Shown: positions 10,291-20,000 of the stretch, piece after piece
Position numbering within the stretch: position 1 is the stretch's first letter
How the letters are laid out: each line of letters starts with the position of its first letter
Notes under the pieces: model-generated
The model's database searches: none
What the model was told of the DNA's origin: nothing
The model's input: the letters and a program-made list of their open reading frames with translations, nothing else
NCBI GenBank assembly: GCA_003971905.1
Contig: RSEE01000163.1
Coordinates: 60,992-80,991, forward strand
Source of the DNA: Moniliella sp. 'wahieum'
Lineage: Eukaryota
DNA length: 20,000 nucleotides
Reading direction: 5' to 3'
Position numbers and translations under genes: made by a program

Positions 10291-10440
10291 CTCCACTTCC
10301 CTCCACTTCCCTCCACTTCCCTCCACTTCCCTCCACTTCCCTCCACTTCCCTCCACTTCCCTCCACTTCCCTCCACTCCCTCCACTTCCTCCACTTCCCT
10401 CCACTTCCCTCCACTTCTCTCCACTCCCTCACTTCCCTCC
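10291..10440. repeat. (CTCCACTTCC)n 10-bp tandem repeat
   Basis: Eight perfect copies at 10291-10370, then about 7 degenerate copies. Confidence 0.95.
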
Positions 10441-10977
10441 GCCTCGCTCGGCTGCCACCGTGTCGCGTGCTCCGTCTGCCCCCCACTCTGTGCCCCCTCC
10501 TCCTACTACTCTAGGAGCTCCCCCCGTGCCGGAAGCAGGTCCCATCGCCTGCCCTTCGAGAGCGCTGATTCCTTCCCCTTTCCTTCCCCTGCCCCTACTG
10601 CCCCCGCTGCCCCGCCCCAGCATCGCTTCCTCCATGGCGCAGCTGCTGCCGCCACTGGCTTCTCCGCCTCTCCGCACCCGCCCCGCTCATCACACCTGAC
10701 CCGCGCCCCTGCCCCCTCCCTCAACCCTTCCTCTGCCATTCCACGCACCCCCCTGCCTGCCCCGCCTGCCCCTTCTTCCCACCCACACCGCGTGCACGCA
10801 ACCGGCGCACCCGCAGCCACCGGTCCCGCGCCCTCTCGCCTCCGCACGCCTCAGCATCTCCCTCTTCCTCTCCCTCTGTCTCTGGCGCCACTGCTCCCGC
10901 TCCGCCTGCCGCGAACAGCGCCCACGCCCACGCCATCCCCCCACCACCGCTTCCACCCCCCCCCTCCTGGTTTTCCA

Positions 10978-11559
10978 ATGAGTACCAGCCCCAATTCACT
11001 ACTCCCTCCTCCACCCAGGGTGCCTGGCCCCAACGCCACCGTACCCGCCCCCCGCGCCGGTTGCGCGACCTGCCCTCCAACCGTCCCGCGTCCCACGACC
11101 GCTCCGACACTCCTCCCCAGCCGTGCCAGAACCGCAGCGCAGCGGTGCCACACCTGCGCCTCTTCTGCCCCGCCAGCGCCTGGTCGGACCAACCCACCTG
11201 GGCGCTCGTATAGGCCCACTTCGGGCTCGGCTGCCTCCCCTGTGAGCTGCTCGCCTCTCCTCGTCGCTCCACCGTGACCAACCGTGCGGCACCTCGCCCG
11301 CTCGAAGAGCATCCTCCGCTCCGTGCGCCGCCTGCGTACCCGTGGCCGCCAGTGGAGCAGATTTCGCTTCCATCCCAGGAGGAGTGACGGCAGCCATCAA
11401 GACGTTGTTAGCGCGCAACCCAGGGGGCAGTATCTGCCCTCGGACGTTGCCCGGCTTGCCTTTCTCACAGAGCGGGAGAAACCCGTCGGCAACCTGCCTA
11501 AACACCCCTCCAACCTTCTCCGCCGGCAACCGAGCCCAGCCCTTCGACCTGGCTCGGGA

Positions 11560-11594
<35 letters not shown>

Positions 11595-13428
11595 TGGGGC
11601 CCGGTCGACCGGGAGTAGTTTGGCGGCTGGGTCTGGTGAGTCTGCTGGCCCGGGTTCGGGTTCGGGTTTGGGATCAGGATCAGGCTCCGGCGGATCGTCG
11701 GGTTCTTCGTCCCCTCCCATGAAGCCTACCCCTGCCCACGTCCACGTCCACACCAACGCCCACGCCCATGGCCCCACCCCCTTTAACCACCATCCTCGCC
11801 GTTCTCATGTGGCCCCAACTCGCATGCTGCCCCGCCTGCGACAGATACGACGGATGTGACGGATGCGACGGATGCGACGGATACGACAGGCGTGGATGGT
11901 CAGTTGGTGGGGCCCTGCGCTACAGTTGACGGTGCATCCAGCCGCCCACCTCTTCATCTGATGAACCAGAGGACAGCGTGCCTGTTATCGGCCAACACGA
12001 TTCTCCACCCTACGCTTACCCTTCTGCCTCCTCCCATCCACTCTGAGTGCGGGCGAGTATGCCTACACGTATGCGCGGGTGCGCTGCGTGCGGACGCGGA
12101 TGCGGCGGATGAACAGCGCGCGGTCGGACGAAGCTGGGGATTCAGGTAATGTGTCAGACCAAGATTCGAGCACGAGTCGGAGGATCCCACTGATCCGTCG
12201 CCACTCTCGGGTTCGGGGCAGAGGATGGTCAGCTGTGTAGAGGGGAAGTGGAAGCAGCTACCCCTTCCTTCCCGTCCCTCTTCCTCCTCACTGCCTTGCC
12301 TCTTGTGCGGACGGGAACGGGCATACGGACCAACAGCTGTCCGCTCATCCGGTTGACCCGCTCGCCAGCTCCGCGTTGGTTGCCGACTATCTCACCACCA
12401 AGCTGTTCAGCAACAAGCGCCGCACCCCGCCCGGCTTTTACATCAATTGGCTCGACCGATCGATTCCAACCACGAGCTCCCACCTCCGGCATCTGTACGT
12501 GCCTATGCGCATGCACATCAGCACCTGCGTTCCCTGAACCATCAATGACGTCTCTCCTACATCACACACTCGCTTCGCTCCACCTCGCCGTACGCCTCCT
12601 CCTGGCCTACTCTGCCCCAGCCACCGTACCCGACGGTCTCTCTCAACTCTACCGGATCCGTCTCTGCTTCCGGGTCAGGTTCCGGCTCGGGTTCCGGCTT
12701 GGGCTCCAACTCGGGCTCGAGGTCCAACTCTGGTTCTGGTTCTGGTTCTGGCTCTGGCTCTGGCTTGGCTCTGGTCTTGGCTCTGGCTCTGGCTCTGGCT
12801 CCGGCTCTGGCTCCGGCTCCGGCTCTGGCTCTGGCGGCGGCGGCGGATCCGGCTCATCGGGGTCTGGGGAAGAAGGATCTTCCAACTCGAAACAATCACA
12901 GTGCTGGTTTCTTCTGGCTCTCCCAGCCCAGTTGCTTTTGTCTCGAGCAGCTCTTTGGGCGGAGACACGCCGCCTCGGCGCCCACGGTAAGTGAGACGGA
13001 GGGATGGACGGTGCGCTGGCGCTCGATTCGGCAGAATCGGGGGTGGGATGGAAACGGATATCCGGGTCCGGCGCGCAGGAGAGTTCGCCTTCTGCTCTGC
13101 TGACCTCGGCGGGGTCGGGGGAGGAAAGAACGAGGAGAGGAGCATGTGGCCAGCTCGGCTCGTTCCGCCGCCTGGCCATGCACCCTATTGGCGCGCCGCC
13201 CGCCCGTCGTCCGTTTCCGGGGCGCTCGCCTTGGCTTGCGAGGGGGTGATCCAAGTCGTCCAGGGCACCCGCCCGTCCGGCTCGACGATCCCACGGTCGT
13301 TGGTCCGATCGGTCAAGCGAGGTAAGTACCCTGTTGCCCCTGTCGATTTCTTTCTCGGACGGGGGTAGGCCGGCTGGAAGATACTGACCCCGTCGCGCGC
13401 GTCAGGACCCAACTTTGATTCGGCCTAG
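10978..13428 (+). CDS. probable hypothetical protein, Pro/Ser/Gly-rich and largely disordered; spliced and frameshifted; start uncertain
   Basis: An ATG at 10978 follows a long C/T-rich leader. Protein-like segments occur in ORFs 11284..11859, 11856..12149, 12248..12994 and 12991..13368, with two (GS)n tracts. A clean intron at 13322-13405 yields ...SVKRGPNFDSA-TAG (13426-13428), followed by a T-rich 3' flank. I recognise no domain. Confidence 0.5.
11551..11706 (+). repeat. Gly-Ser hexamer repeat tract 1 (GGCTCG/GGTTCG/GGATCA)
   Basis: Encodes GSGSGSGSGSGSGSGG...GSGSGLGSGSGSGGSSGS with synonymous third-position variation. Confidence 0.85.
12672..12868 (+). repeat. Gly-Ser hexamer repeat tract 2 (GGCTCT/GGCTCC/GGTTCT)
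   Basis: About 30 GGN-TCN-like units. The Gly-Ser reading passes from ORF 12699..13103 to ORF 12248..12994, implying one indel. Confidence 0.85.
12987..13153 (+). other. probable intron; acceptor uncertain (AAG 13126-13128 or CAG 13151-13153)
   Basis: Perfect GTAAGT donor at 12987 and GCTGAC branch-like site at 13099-13104. Confidence 0.5.
13322..13405 (+). other. spliceosomal intron (84 nt) near the 3' end of the orphan gene
   Basis: GTAAGT donor at 13322, TACTGAC branch at 13382-13388, CAG acceptor at 13403-13405. Size and spacing match the flippase intron at 4878-4963. Confidence 0.75.
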
Positions 13429-15011
13429 TCGTCGTTTTTTTTGACGTGCATGGAGGTGCTGTTTTGTGTGTGTTTCTTCTTTCATCCTCGATGGTTCGGG
13501 TCCCTGACCCTCTCCCGTGTCTGTCGACTGTGTTGCCTTGCATTGTTGCGCTCGGCCTCGCGTGCGGGGGGCTCCATTTTGCTTATATGTTGGCGTTGGG
13601 GCCCGTCCTCAGTGTGTCGGGGCATGTAATTGTGGCTTGGCTCCGCTCCGCACGGGCACCCCACCTCCCTATGGGACGTGCGATGCATGTGAGGGGTGGA
13701 TTGCTTCCGCTCTGCCTGCGTGTCAACACCCCTAAGGGGGATCTGTCCCTTCGCGTCCTCCCTGTTGGCAAGACAGGAATGCCTCCGCCACACCCCCTCA
13801 CCTTGTTGAGCGTTGAACGTTATTGAACGTTATTGCTATAGGTGCGGCGCGGGCCCAACTCATGCCGGCATGCCGACGGTCGCAGAAAGTGACAAGTAAG
13901 GGTCCAGCACAACGGCCAGGTGCACGAGGTAGAAGCGGTAATGGGTCATAGATACTCTAGTAGCCAAGGTGTAGGATTCTGCACCACACGACGGTCCGAT
14001 TTCCGTGGACGGAAGGGCGATGGAAAAGTACATGAACTGCTTCAGGCAGGCGCGAAGCCTTCGCCGCACCCGCGGGCGTCCCATGTCACCATTGCACGCA
14101 GGGGGTGAGATCTGAGAGCCGTCGGGGTGTCAGAATCGATGGGCCCCTGCCGTGACTCGTACTAGACCGAGGTCACGTCTCACCGCGTCAAGCTAGTAGT
14201 ACTATGAGCACAACGTCCGGCGAACTCGCCACGCCTCGACTCCACCAGTCACTACGAAATTCGCTCGGACGGAGGAGGGAGTACATGATGTACCCCCCGC
14301 TTTGGTGGCCCGGCGAACAAAACAGGGAGCAAAAAGCATATATACTACTCTCTACTTTCGTTACGTTTATTGGTGAGTTTGTTATCGGGCTTGCGACACT
14401 GGGGGGGGGCGATTAGTAGTGCCGGCCCATGTGCCCCTGTGTGCTTCTTTCCCCCCTTTCCTCGTCTGTGTAATGCATGTATGTGTGTATGACGGAAGAG
14501 ATTACAGTAGGGATTGCCAGTAGGACGCGGACGAAGAGGTTATTCAGGAGGAGAGAGCAAGACGAGGAGAGAAAAAAGGTGCCAGTAAATACCGAGTCAC
14601 ATATTACGAGTCGTCTCGTCGAAACCAAATCACAGCAAAGTCGCCAGTCACCAATTGAAGTTACGGGCGGGCCAAGGAGCGCGCGGATCAAGGGTGGTTA
14701 CCGATTACCAGTTCTTGTGCATTATGCAGGGAACCAATTAAGCCCGGGAGAAGGGGGAAGGGAAAAGGGGACACGGACGAAGGGCGAAGAGGAACAGGTG
14801 GGTATGGAGGGAAACCTCGGAAACCATACCACAACAAAGAAGTAGGTAGAGGTAGTAGGTCACTATCGCTAGTAGTGCATTTTTGGCATAGGGTCGGGGA
14901 GGGTAGATGGGGGGGCATGATGGAAGGGCGAGGGGGAGGGTGGCACAGAGGTGTTGCTGTTGAGGGGAGAGGGAAGGAGGACGAAGAGTAGGGAGAGAGC
15001 GTGCCGGCGAG

Positions 15012-15050
15012 GACAATTGACAATCGACAATCGACAATCGACAATCGACA
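15012..15050. repeat. (GACAATC)n 7-bp tandem repeat, ~5.5 copies
   Basis: GACAATT followed by four perfect GACAATC copies and GACA, in the 3' flank of the Axl2-like gene. Confidence 0.9.
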
Positions 15051-15204
15051 CCATCAACCAACAGGGTGCACCGCAGCGCCTGCTTCCGCGGCGGGCGGTT
15101 CGCTCGCCCCGCAGCAGCTCACACCCATCGCACAAGAAAAAGACAAGAAAGTGAAGGTGAAACGAACTGAACAAACCAAACCAAACCGAAGCGAAACGAG
15201 ACAC

Positions 15205-18200
15205 TCAGTACGGCGCAGGGTGCGCGCGAGGCAGGCCCCCCGACCGCGCAGCTGCATCTCAGTACGAACCGGGCGACTAGGTCTGCCTCACGGCCCCAGG
15301 GAATGGCGAAGGCGCAGGCGCAGGCGAGGGGGCGACGAAGGCGGGACCAAACTGCGGGGGGAGACGCGCTCGCCTGGTGCACGCGCGGTGTAGTGGTGGC
15401 GGTGGAGCTGGACCGGCCCGAGCGGGCGGGGAGGTGGGGGCGTACGCACAGCCGCCGCAGCGGATAAGGTGCCGACGGACGGGATGGGCGACAGGGCACG
15501 CGAGGTCACGCCCAGCAGCGCCAGTGGGATACGCGCCGTCGTGCTCAGGCCCATGGGAACTTGCCCCCTCAACTGCCCGCTCTGCTCGTCCCAGTGCAGC
15601 CAGGGAGCCAGGACGGGTAGGTGAGGTAGTCCCGGCTGCTAGCGTCGTCGGACCAGGTAGGTACGGTGCGGGTGGAGCGCGGCGGGACGTAGGACCGCGA
15701 GCGGGAGTGGGAGCGCGAGTAGGAGTAAGAAGGTTGGGAGTAGGAGGAGTTCGTGGACCCGCTCCGCGCGGGGAGGGTAAGTAAGGTCAGGGGGACGGCC
15801 AGGCGCTCGCCCGCGTACCCGATCACCTGTTGGATGGGCAACCGCGTGCTCCCCCGCGCCACCTCGGCCGCCGCCAGCGTCAGGAAACTTCGCGTTCGTG
15901 CGCATCGGCAACGTCTGACGGCGACGGCGACAGACCGCCCGGGGTTCCAAGGGGGACGAACCGAAGGTGCGGGAGCTCGGCCGGGTTCAGAGACGGGGAG
16001 ACGGATGTTTCGGCGGGCTCTTCGTACGCCGACGGTGCAAATGCGTAGCCCACCCCCTCGTCGCCCAGGGCGAGACGGACGCAGGACCAAATGGCTAAAA
16101 ACGAGCCAACCCAGGCACGCCTGCCCGGTCTTGGCTGTAAACGAGCGGACGAATGGGCGGTGCGTGTAGGGTGACCAGCACCCTGATGGCTCGCCGCCTC
16201 GCTGGATCGGCATAGCTCAACACACTCGTTCGTACGGCGGCGGTACCGGTCCCGGCCACAACGTCTCCGCATCCTCCGCATCGGAAAACATGGACGAATG
16301 CGTGCTGGACAACCCACCGACGACGGAACCGTCGGCAGCAGGTTCGGGGGCCCCGGCCACCTGTGCCGGGTGCCCCCTCCCCCGACATGGCGGCAGGGAT
16401 GAGGATCGCTTCGCGCAAAGCGCCCCGAGCTGGACCCGGACCCGACCCGGACGGAAGCTTGGCGACGGCTGCGGAACCGGACGAGTCGGAGCCCAAGGCA
16501 ATGCTCGAAGCGAGCGAAGAAGAGGGAGCATGACGTCGGTGACCCCAGGAATCGGCGGCCGAGGAGCTGGTTGGCGTCGGGGAGGCGAGGAGGGGGGGTA
16601 CACGCGTTGGGATGCCGTCCCACCGCCGCCGCGTCCGGATCCTGCGCCGACCGCCCCACCAGCACATTCCCTCCTCCGCCAGAGGAAGGCTGCTTGCCGG
16701 TCCCGAGCCCGAGCCCGTGCCGGAGCCCGCGGCGTGTTCCCTGCCCGAGCCGGTAGAGCTGCTAACAAGCCAGTTTCCCAGCTGGCTTTGGGCGAAAGCG
16801 GAGGGTGGTGCGGCTGGCTTGGGACCGAGGGACCAGGGATGGAACTGGCTGCAATGGTGGGTCTCGACACCCCCCCGTACTGCTCCCGATCCCTTTTGCA
16901 GATGTATGGGGCAATGGCGGTGCCGGTTTCCTAGTGCGCAAGTTGGTAAAGAAGGGCAAAGGATGGGGCACATTTGGCCCGAATCGCTAGATCGCGTACC
17001 GAAACCCGGTTTCGCTTCATGGTCGGATCCAGTAGTGTTCGAGGGCAGAGGGGGACGGGGCCATCCGGGGTGGTGGTGATGGCGATGCCATTCGCCGCGC
17101 GGACGATAAGCCGACTGCCATCGCTGGGACGGAAGCGGCATTAGCCCCGATCTGTCTCGACCCACGCCACTCACAGCAGTGGAGGTGGGAATCGGACGGC
17201 AGCTGCACCCCAGCGGTTCCTGCCGGGCTCGTGGTCGAGGAGGAACCGGCGGGCAGGAGTATACCACGGGATGGATAGGTCATGGGAGATTCCAGCGACT
17301 CTGCCGACAGACGCGTTGCTCTCGCCACAGCAGCGAATGGGGGAGGAGTTGCGGGGGCCTTGCGGCGGGACCAGGGTGGGACAGTGAAGAAAGCGGCCAG
17401 ACGGGGCATGGGCAGGACGAGGTCGTGCGCCAGCCACATTACCCGGCTGATTGGTGTCCCGGGCGCCAAGGTCCGCCTCGCCGCCGGCCATATCGGCCGC
17501 TATTGGCGAGCGCCACATTGCTGGCCGAAGCAGGGACTGCGGTGGTGTCTATCATGATGGTGGAGGGGGGCTCGTCCTCTGTCTTGCGCGTGCGGCGCCA
17601 GCAGCAAAGGAGCAACATTGCCATCCCGAACAGCAGGGGCACGCCCAAGCCAAGGCCAACCCCCAAGCCAAGACCAAGGTGACTTTTGGTAGGATGATGA
17701 GGGGTACCCAAAGATGTGGGTGAAGAAGACGACGAAGAAGAGGTTGGAGTAGGAGCGACCAGGAGCCTGATGAGGCGGTACTGGTCCAGTTGAACGCGGC
17801 TGCCACGTGGCGAGCGACGGAAACGGTCAGGGTACTGTTTCCCTGTCCGTCGGGACGTTTCCCACCAAGTGGAGCCCATCAGATAGATTGGTGCGCAGCC
17901 ACGTAGGTGCTCCCTCGGTTGCGAATTGGATTGTGCCTGGCGGGCGGCAGATGCGGCGGGGGTCAAGTAGGAAGACAGGTTATACGAGAAAGTATCGTTT
18001 GCGGTAGCGTGAGCGTCGGGCAAGATTGTGCTCGTGAGCAGGGCAGGGTACACGTCGATGGGTTGGGATGAGCTCGTCGTCAGATTGAGCAATGGGAGGG
18101 CAAACTCGATCGGGATCTCGTAACGGGTCGGGTTGCTGAGGTTCGTGGTAAGCGGAGGGATACCGTTGAAGGAACGGGTGGCCGGATCAAATGTGAGCCA

Positions 18201-19072
18201 AGAAAGAGCAGAGGTGTTGGCGATGATCGTGAGGGACTGCAACATAGATTGGTTGAGAGACATGGGGAAGCCATCCAGCTCGAGACTGGCGAGGGGGAGC
18301 GTATAGTTGAAGGGCATACCAGCGCTCGCATTGGCCATAGACAAGGGTGGGCGAGCGTCAACACATGCTCGGCAACAACCAGGCTGAACTGCTCGACGGT
18401 CCGCCGTAGCCCGGCAGTTGGATGCGGTCACCGTCACGTTGACCGTGGTGGGCGCGACGGGCGCCACGCCTGTAAAGGTATAGGCCGAGGGGGAAAAGTG
18501 GAGCCAGGCAGGCAGCGCGGCATGGTCTGCGGCCTGGGCTGACCAGTAGACCGGGGTCGCGTCGTCGGGCACAACAAAAGAGTTACCTTGGAAGCCGAGC
18601 GAAAAGCTCCAGCCGAGGGGCAGCCAGAGGGAGCCGTCGGGGAGCATGTGCGGTAGGGGCCCCAGCGCAGCAGCTAGGGAAGGCAGCTGCTGTGCGAGCG
18701 GGATGTGCAGCGTGGGCGCCGGCGCCTGCAGGGTTTTGAGATGGAAGGAGTCGGAGAGGCTGTAGGGGGCGTCGGCAGACATGATGACATGGGAGAGTCG
18801 GGGGCTGGTGCGGTCGGAGTGCCAGCAAAGGTCAGCGTCTGGGGGTCAAAGGTGCACCAGGGAGGCAGACCAGCGGCAGAGACCGCGATGGGCTGGCCGT
18901 CGGGGGCGACAAAGGTGGCGGGATCCAGCGTCCAGCGTAGGGCTGGCCGACATGGCCCAGCGGCGGCAGCTGGGCGCCGAGGGAGACGCGCTGTTGCACC
19001 GACGCCTGGCCCCGCGCGGTGAGCGCCAGAAGCGAGGCGGAGAGCAGCGGGCGGAGTGGCAGCGGGCAGCAT
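15205..19072 (-). CDS. AXL2: Axl2/Bud10-like type I membrane protein with CADG/He_PIG Ig-like repeats; frameshifted; 3' end approximate (~15200-15290)
   Basis: From ATG 19072, with one indel, the signal peptide reads ML.LPLRPLLSASLLALTARG, then SLGAQLPPLGHVGQPY.WTLDPATF. Repeats follow: LPPWCTFDPQTLTFAGTP, GWSFSLGFQGNSF, LPAWLHFSPSAYTFTGVAP and LSWLTFDPATRSFNGIPP. There are many N-x-S/T sites and a Ser/Thr stalk. A single TM helix LGLGLGVGLGLGVPLLFGMAMLLLCCW (~17678-17598) is followed by RRTRK and a long cytoplasmic tail. Confidence 0.82.
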
Positions 19073-20000
19073 CGAGCGCAGAGGAAAGGACGAGCGGACG
19101 GGGATGGAGGATCTGAGGGCGGAGGGGCTGCGGCTGGTCAGAAACGGGCACCGAGGGGCGTGTGGGGGGGCGGCAGACCTACACACAGGAGGGGAACAGA
19201 AGAGGGACGCGCCAGCGCGGGAGAAAGCGCGCGGGCACAGCGGCCGGAGAGGGCGGCAGACCAGGCGGCAGACCGCAGACCGCAGACACACACAGCCACC
19301 GCACGCGCAACGCCGGGGGGGGATGGGCTGCGGACGGAGAAGCACGGGAGACCGTCGGAGAGGCCAGCTCCAACACCAAAATCAAGGCTGCCAGCAACAG
19401 CAGCCGCACCGCAACCGCAGCACCAGCACCGAGGGGGGGGGGAGGGGGAGGAGGAGGAGGTGGTGGTGGTGCGAATGGCGCTGCGGGCCTCCACGCGCAA
19501 CGGATCAGAAGAACTGGACGAGTACGATGCCCCTATACGCCCAAAGCTTAACGCGCACGCCTACCCACGGGTGCCCCAAAGCGGTATAGGTGCACCGCCT
19601 GCCGTCCTCAAGCAGGGTGGAGCCACGCCCCCTAGGGTGCGCCTGTCGCACCCGCCCAGTGTAGCCCCCCGCCCGCGGCGATGGCAGCCAGGCTGCCCCC
19701 GTGCTGCGCCGCTGGCAGGTGCGGCCTGACTGCCCCCGTGCTGCTCCTGGCTGCTCCTGGGCGGTCGCAGTGCTGAGACAGGTGGCTTGGCCCTTCTCAC
19801 CAGGTCACGTGCAAGCTAATCAGGCGTGTTGACGTTGGCTGTCTGAAATTTGAAAGTCCTATCGCATGCATTGCACCGACGCAAGCGGCGCTGGGCAGCT
19901 ACCACGTCGGCTCGGCCCGCGCCACATCACGCCGTCCGTCCACAAGGGCGCCACAACCGCCAAGTCGGCCGCCGCTGCGCGAAGTCAACCTCGGCCGCCG

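Noticed and set aside
9562..11277. 571-aa ORF on +, the longest in the window
   Set aside because: Non-ATG start, and it runs through the 10-mer array and C-rich leader that lack stops by composition. There is no domain signal; only the part from ATG 10978 may be coding.
12649..13254. Minus-strand ORF with PEPEPE/SQSQNQ repeats (also 11397..11777)
   Set aside because: It is the reverse complement of the Gly-Ser tracts; splice signals and flank composition favour the + strand.
14100..14140. GGGGGTG...CTGAGA resembling the start of a TPP riboswitch
   Set aside because: The downstream conserved core (ATACC...AACYTGAT...GATAATRCC) is absent and there is no thiamine gene context.
14879..14886. 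ATTTTTGG Sm-site-like sequence suggesting an snRNA
   Set aside because: No U1, U2, U4 or U5 hallmark sequences nearby (e.g. ATACTTACCTG, GTGTAGTA, GCCTTTTAC).

Overview
GC-rich eukaryotic (fungal, most likely basidiomycete) genomic DNA with short spliceosomal introns. It contains four genes: (1) the 3' end of a KIN1/KIN2 (Par-1/MARK family) kinase gene ending in a KA1 domain (+, stop 1799-1801); (2) a complete Dnf1/Dnf2/Apt1-type P4-ATPase lipid flippase (+, ~2957-8617, two clear introns); (3) a probable spliced, Ser/Gly-rich orphan gene (+, ~10978-13428); and (4) an Axl2/Bud10-like type I membrane protein with dystroglycan-type cadherin-like (CADG/He_PIG) repeats (-, ~19072 to ~15205). All genes are broken by many 1-2 nt indels, several in homopolymer or dinucleotide runs, which is the signature of unpolished long-read sequence. 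The supplied ORF track is therefore fragmentary and gene boundaries are approximate. I found no prokaryotic system, CRISPR array, tRNA/rRNA or mobile element. The most interesting signals are a possible polarity-gene neighbourhood, an Ig-like repeat on the cytoplasmic side of the Axl2-like protein, the cryptic orphan gene, and a TTGAACGTT motif seen only in intergenic DNA.
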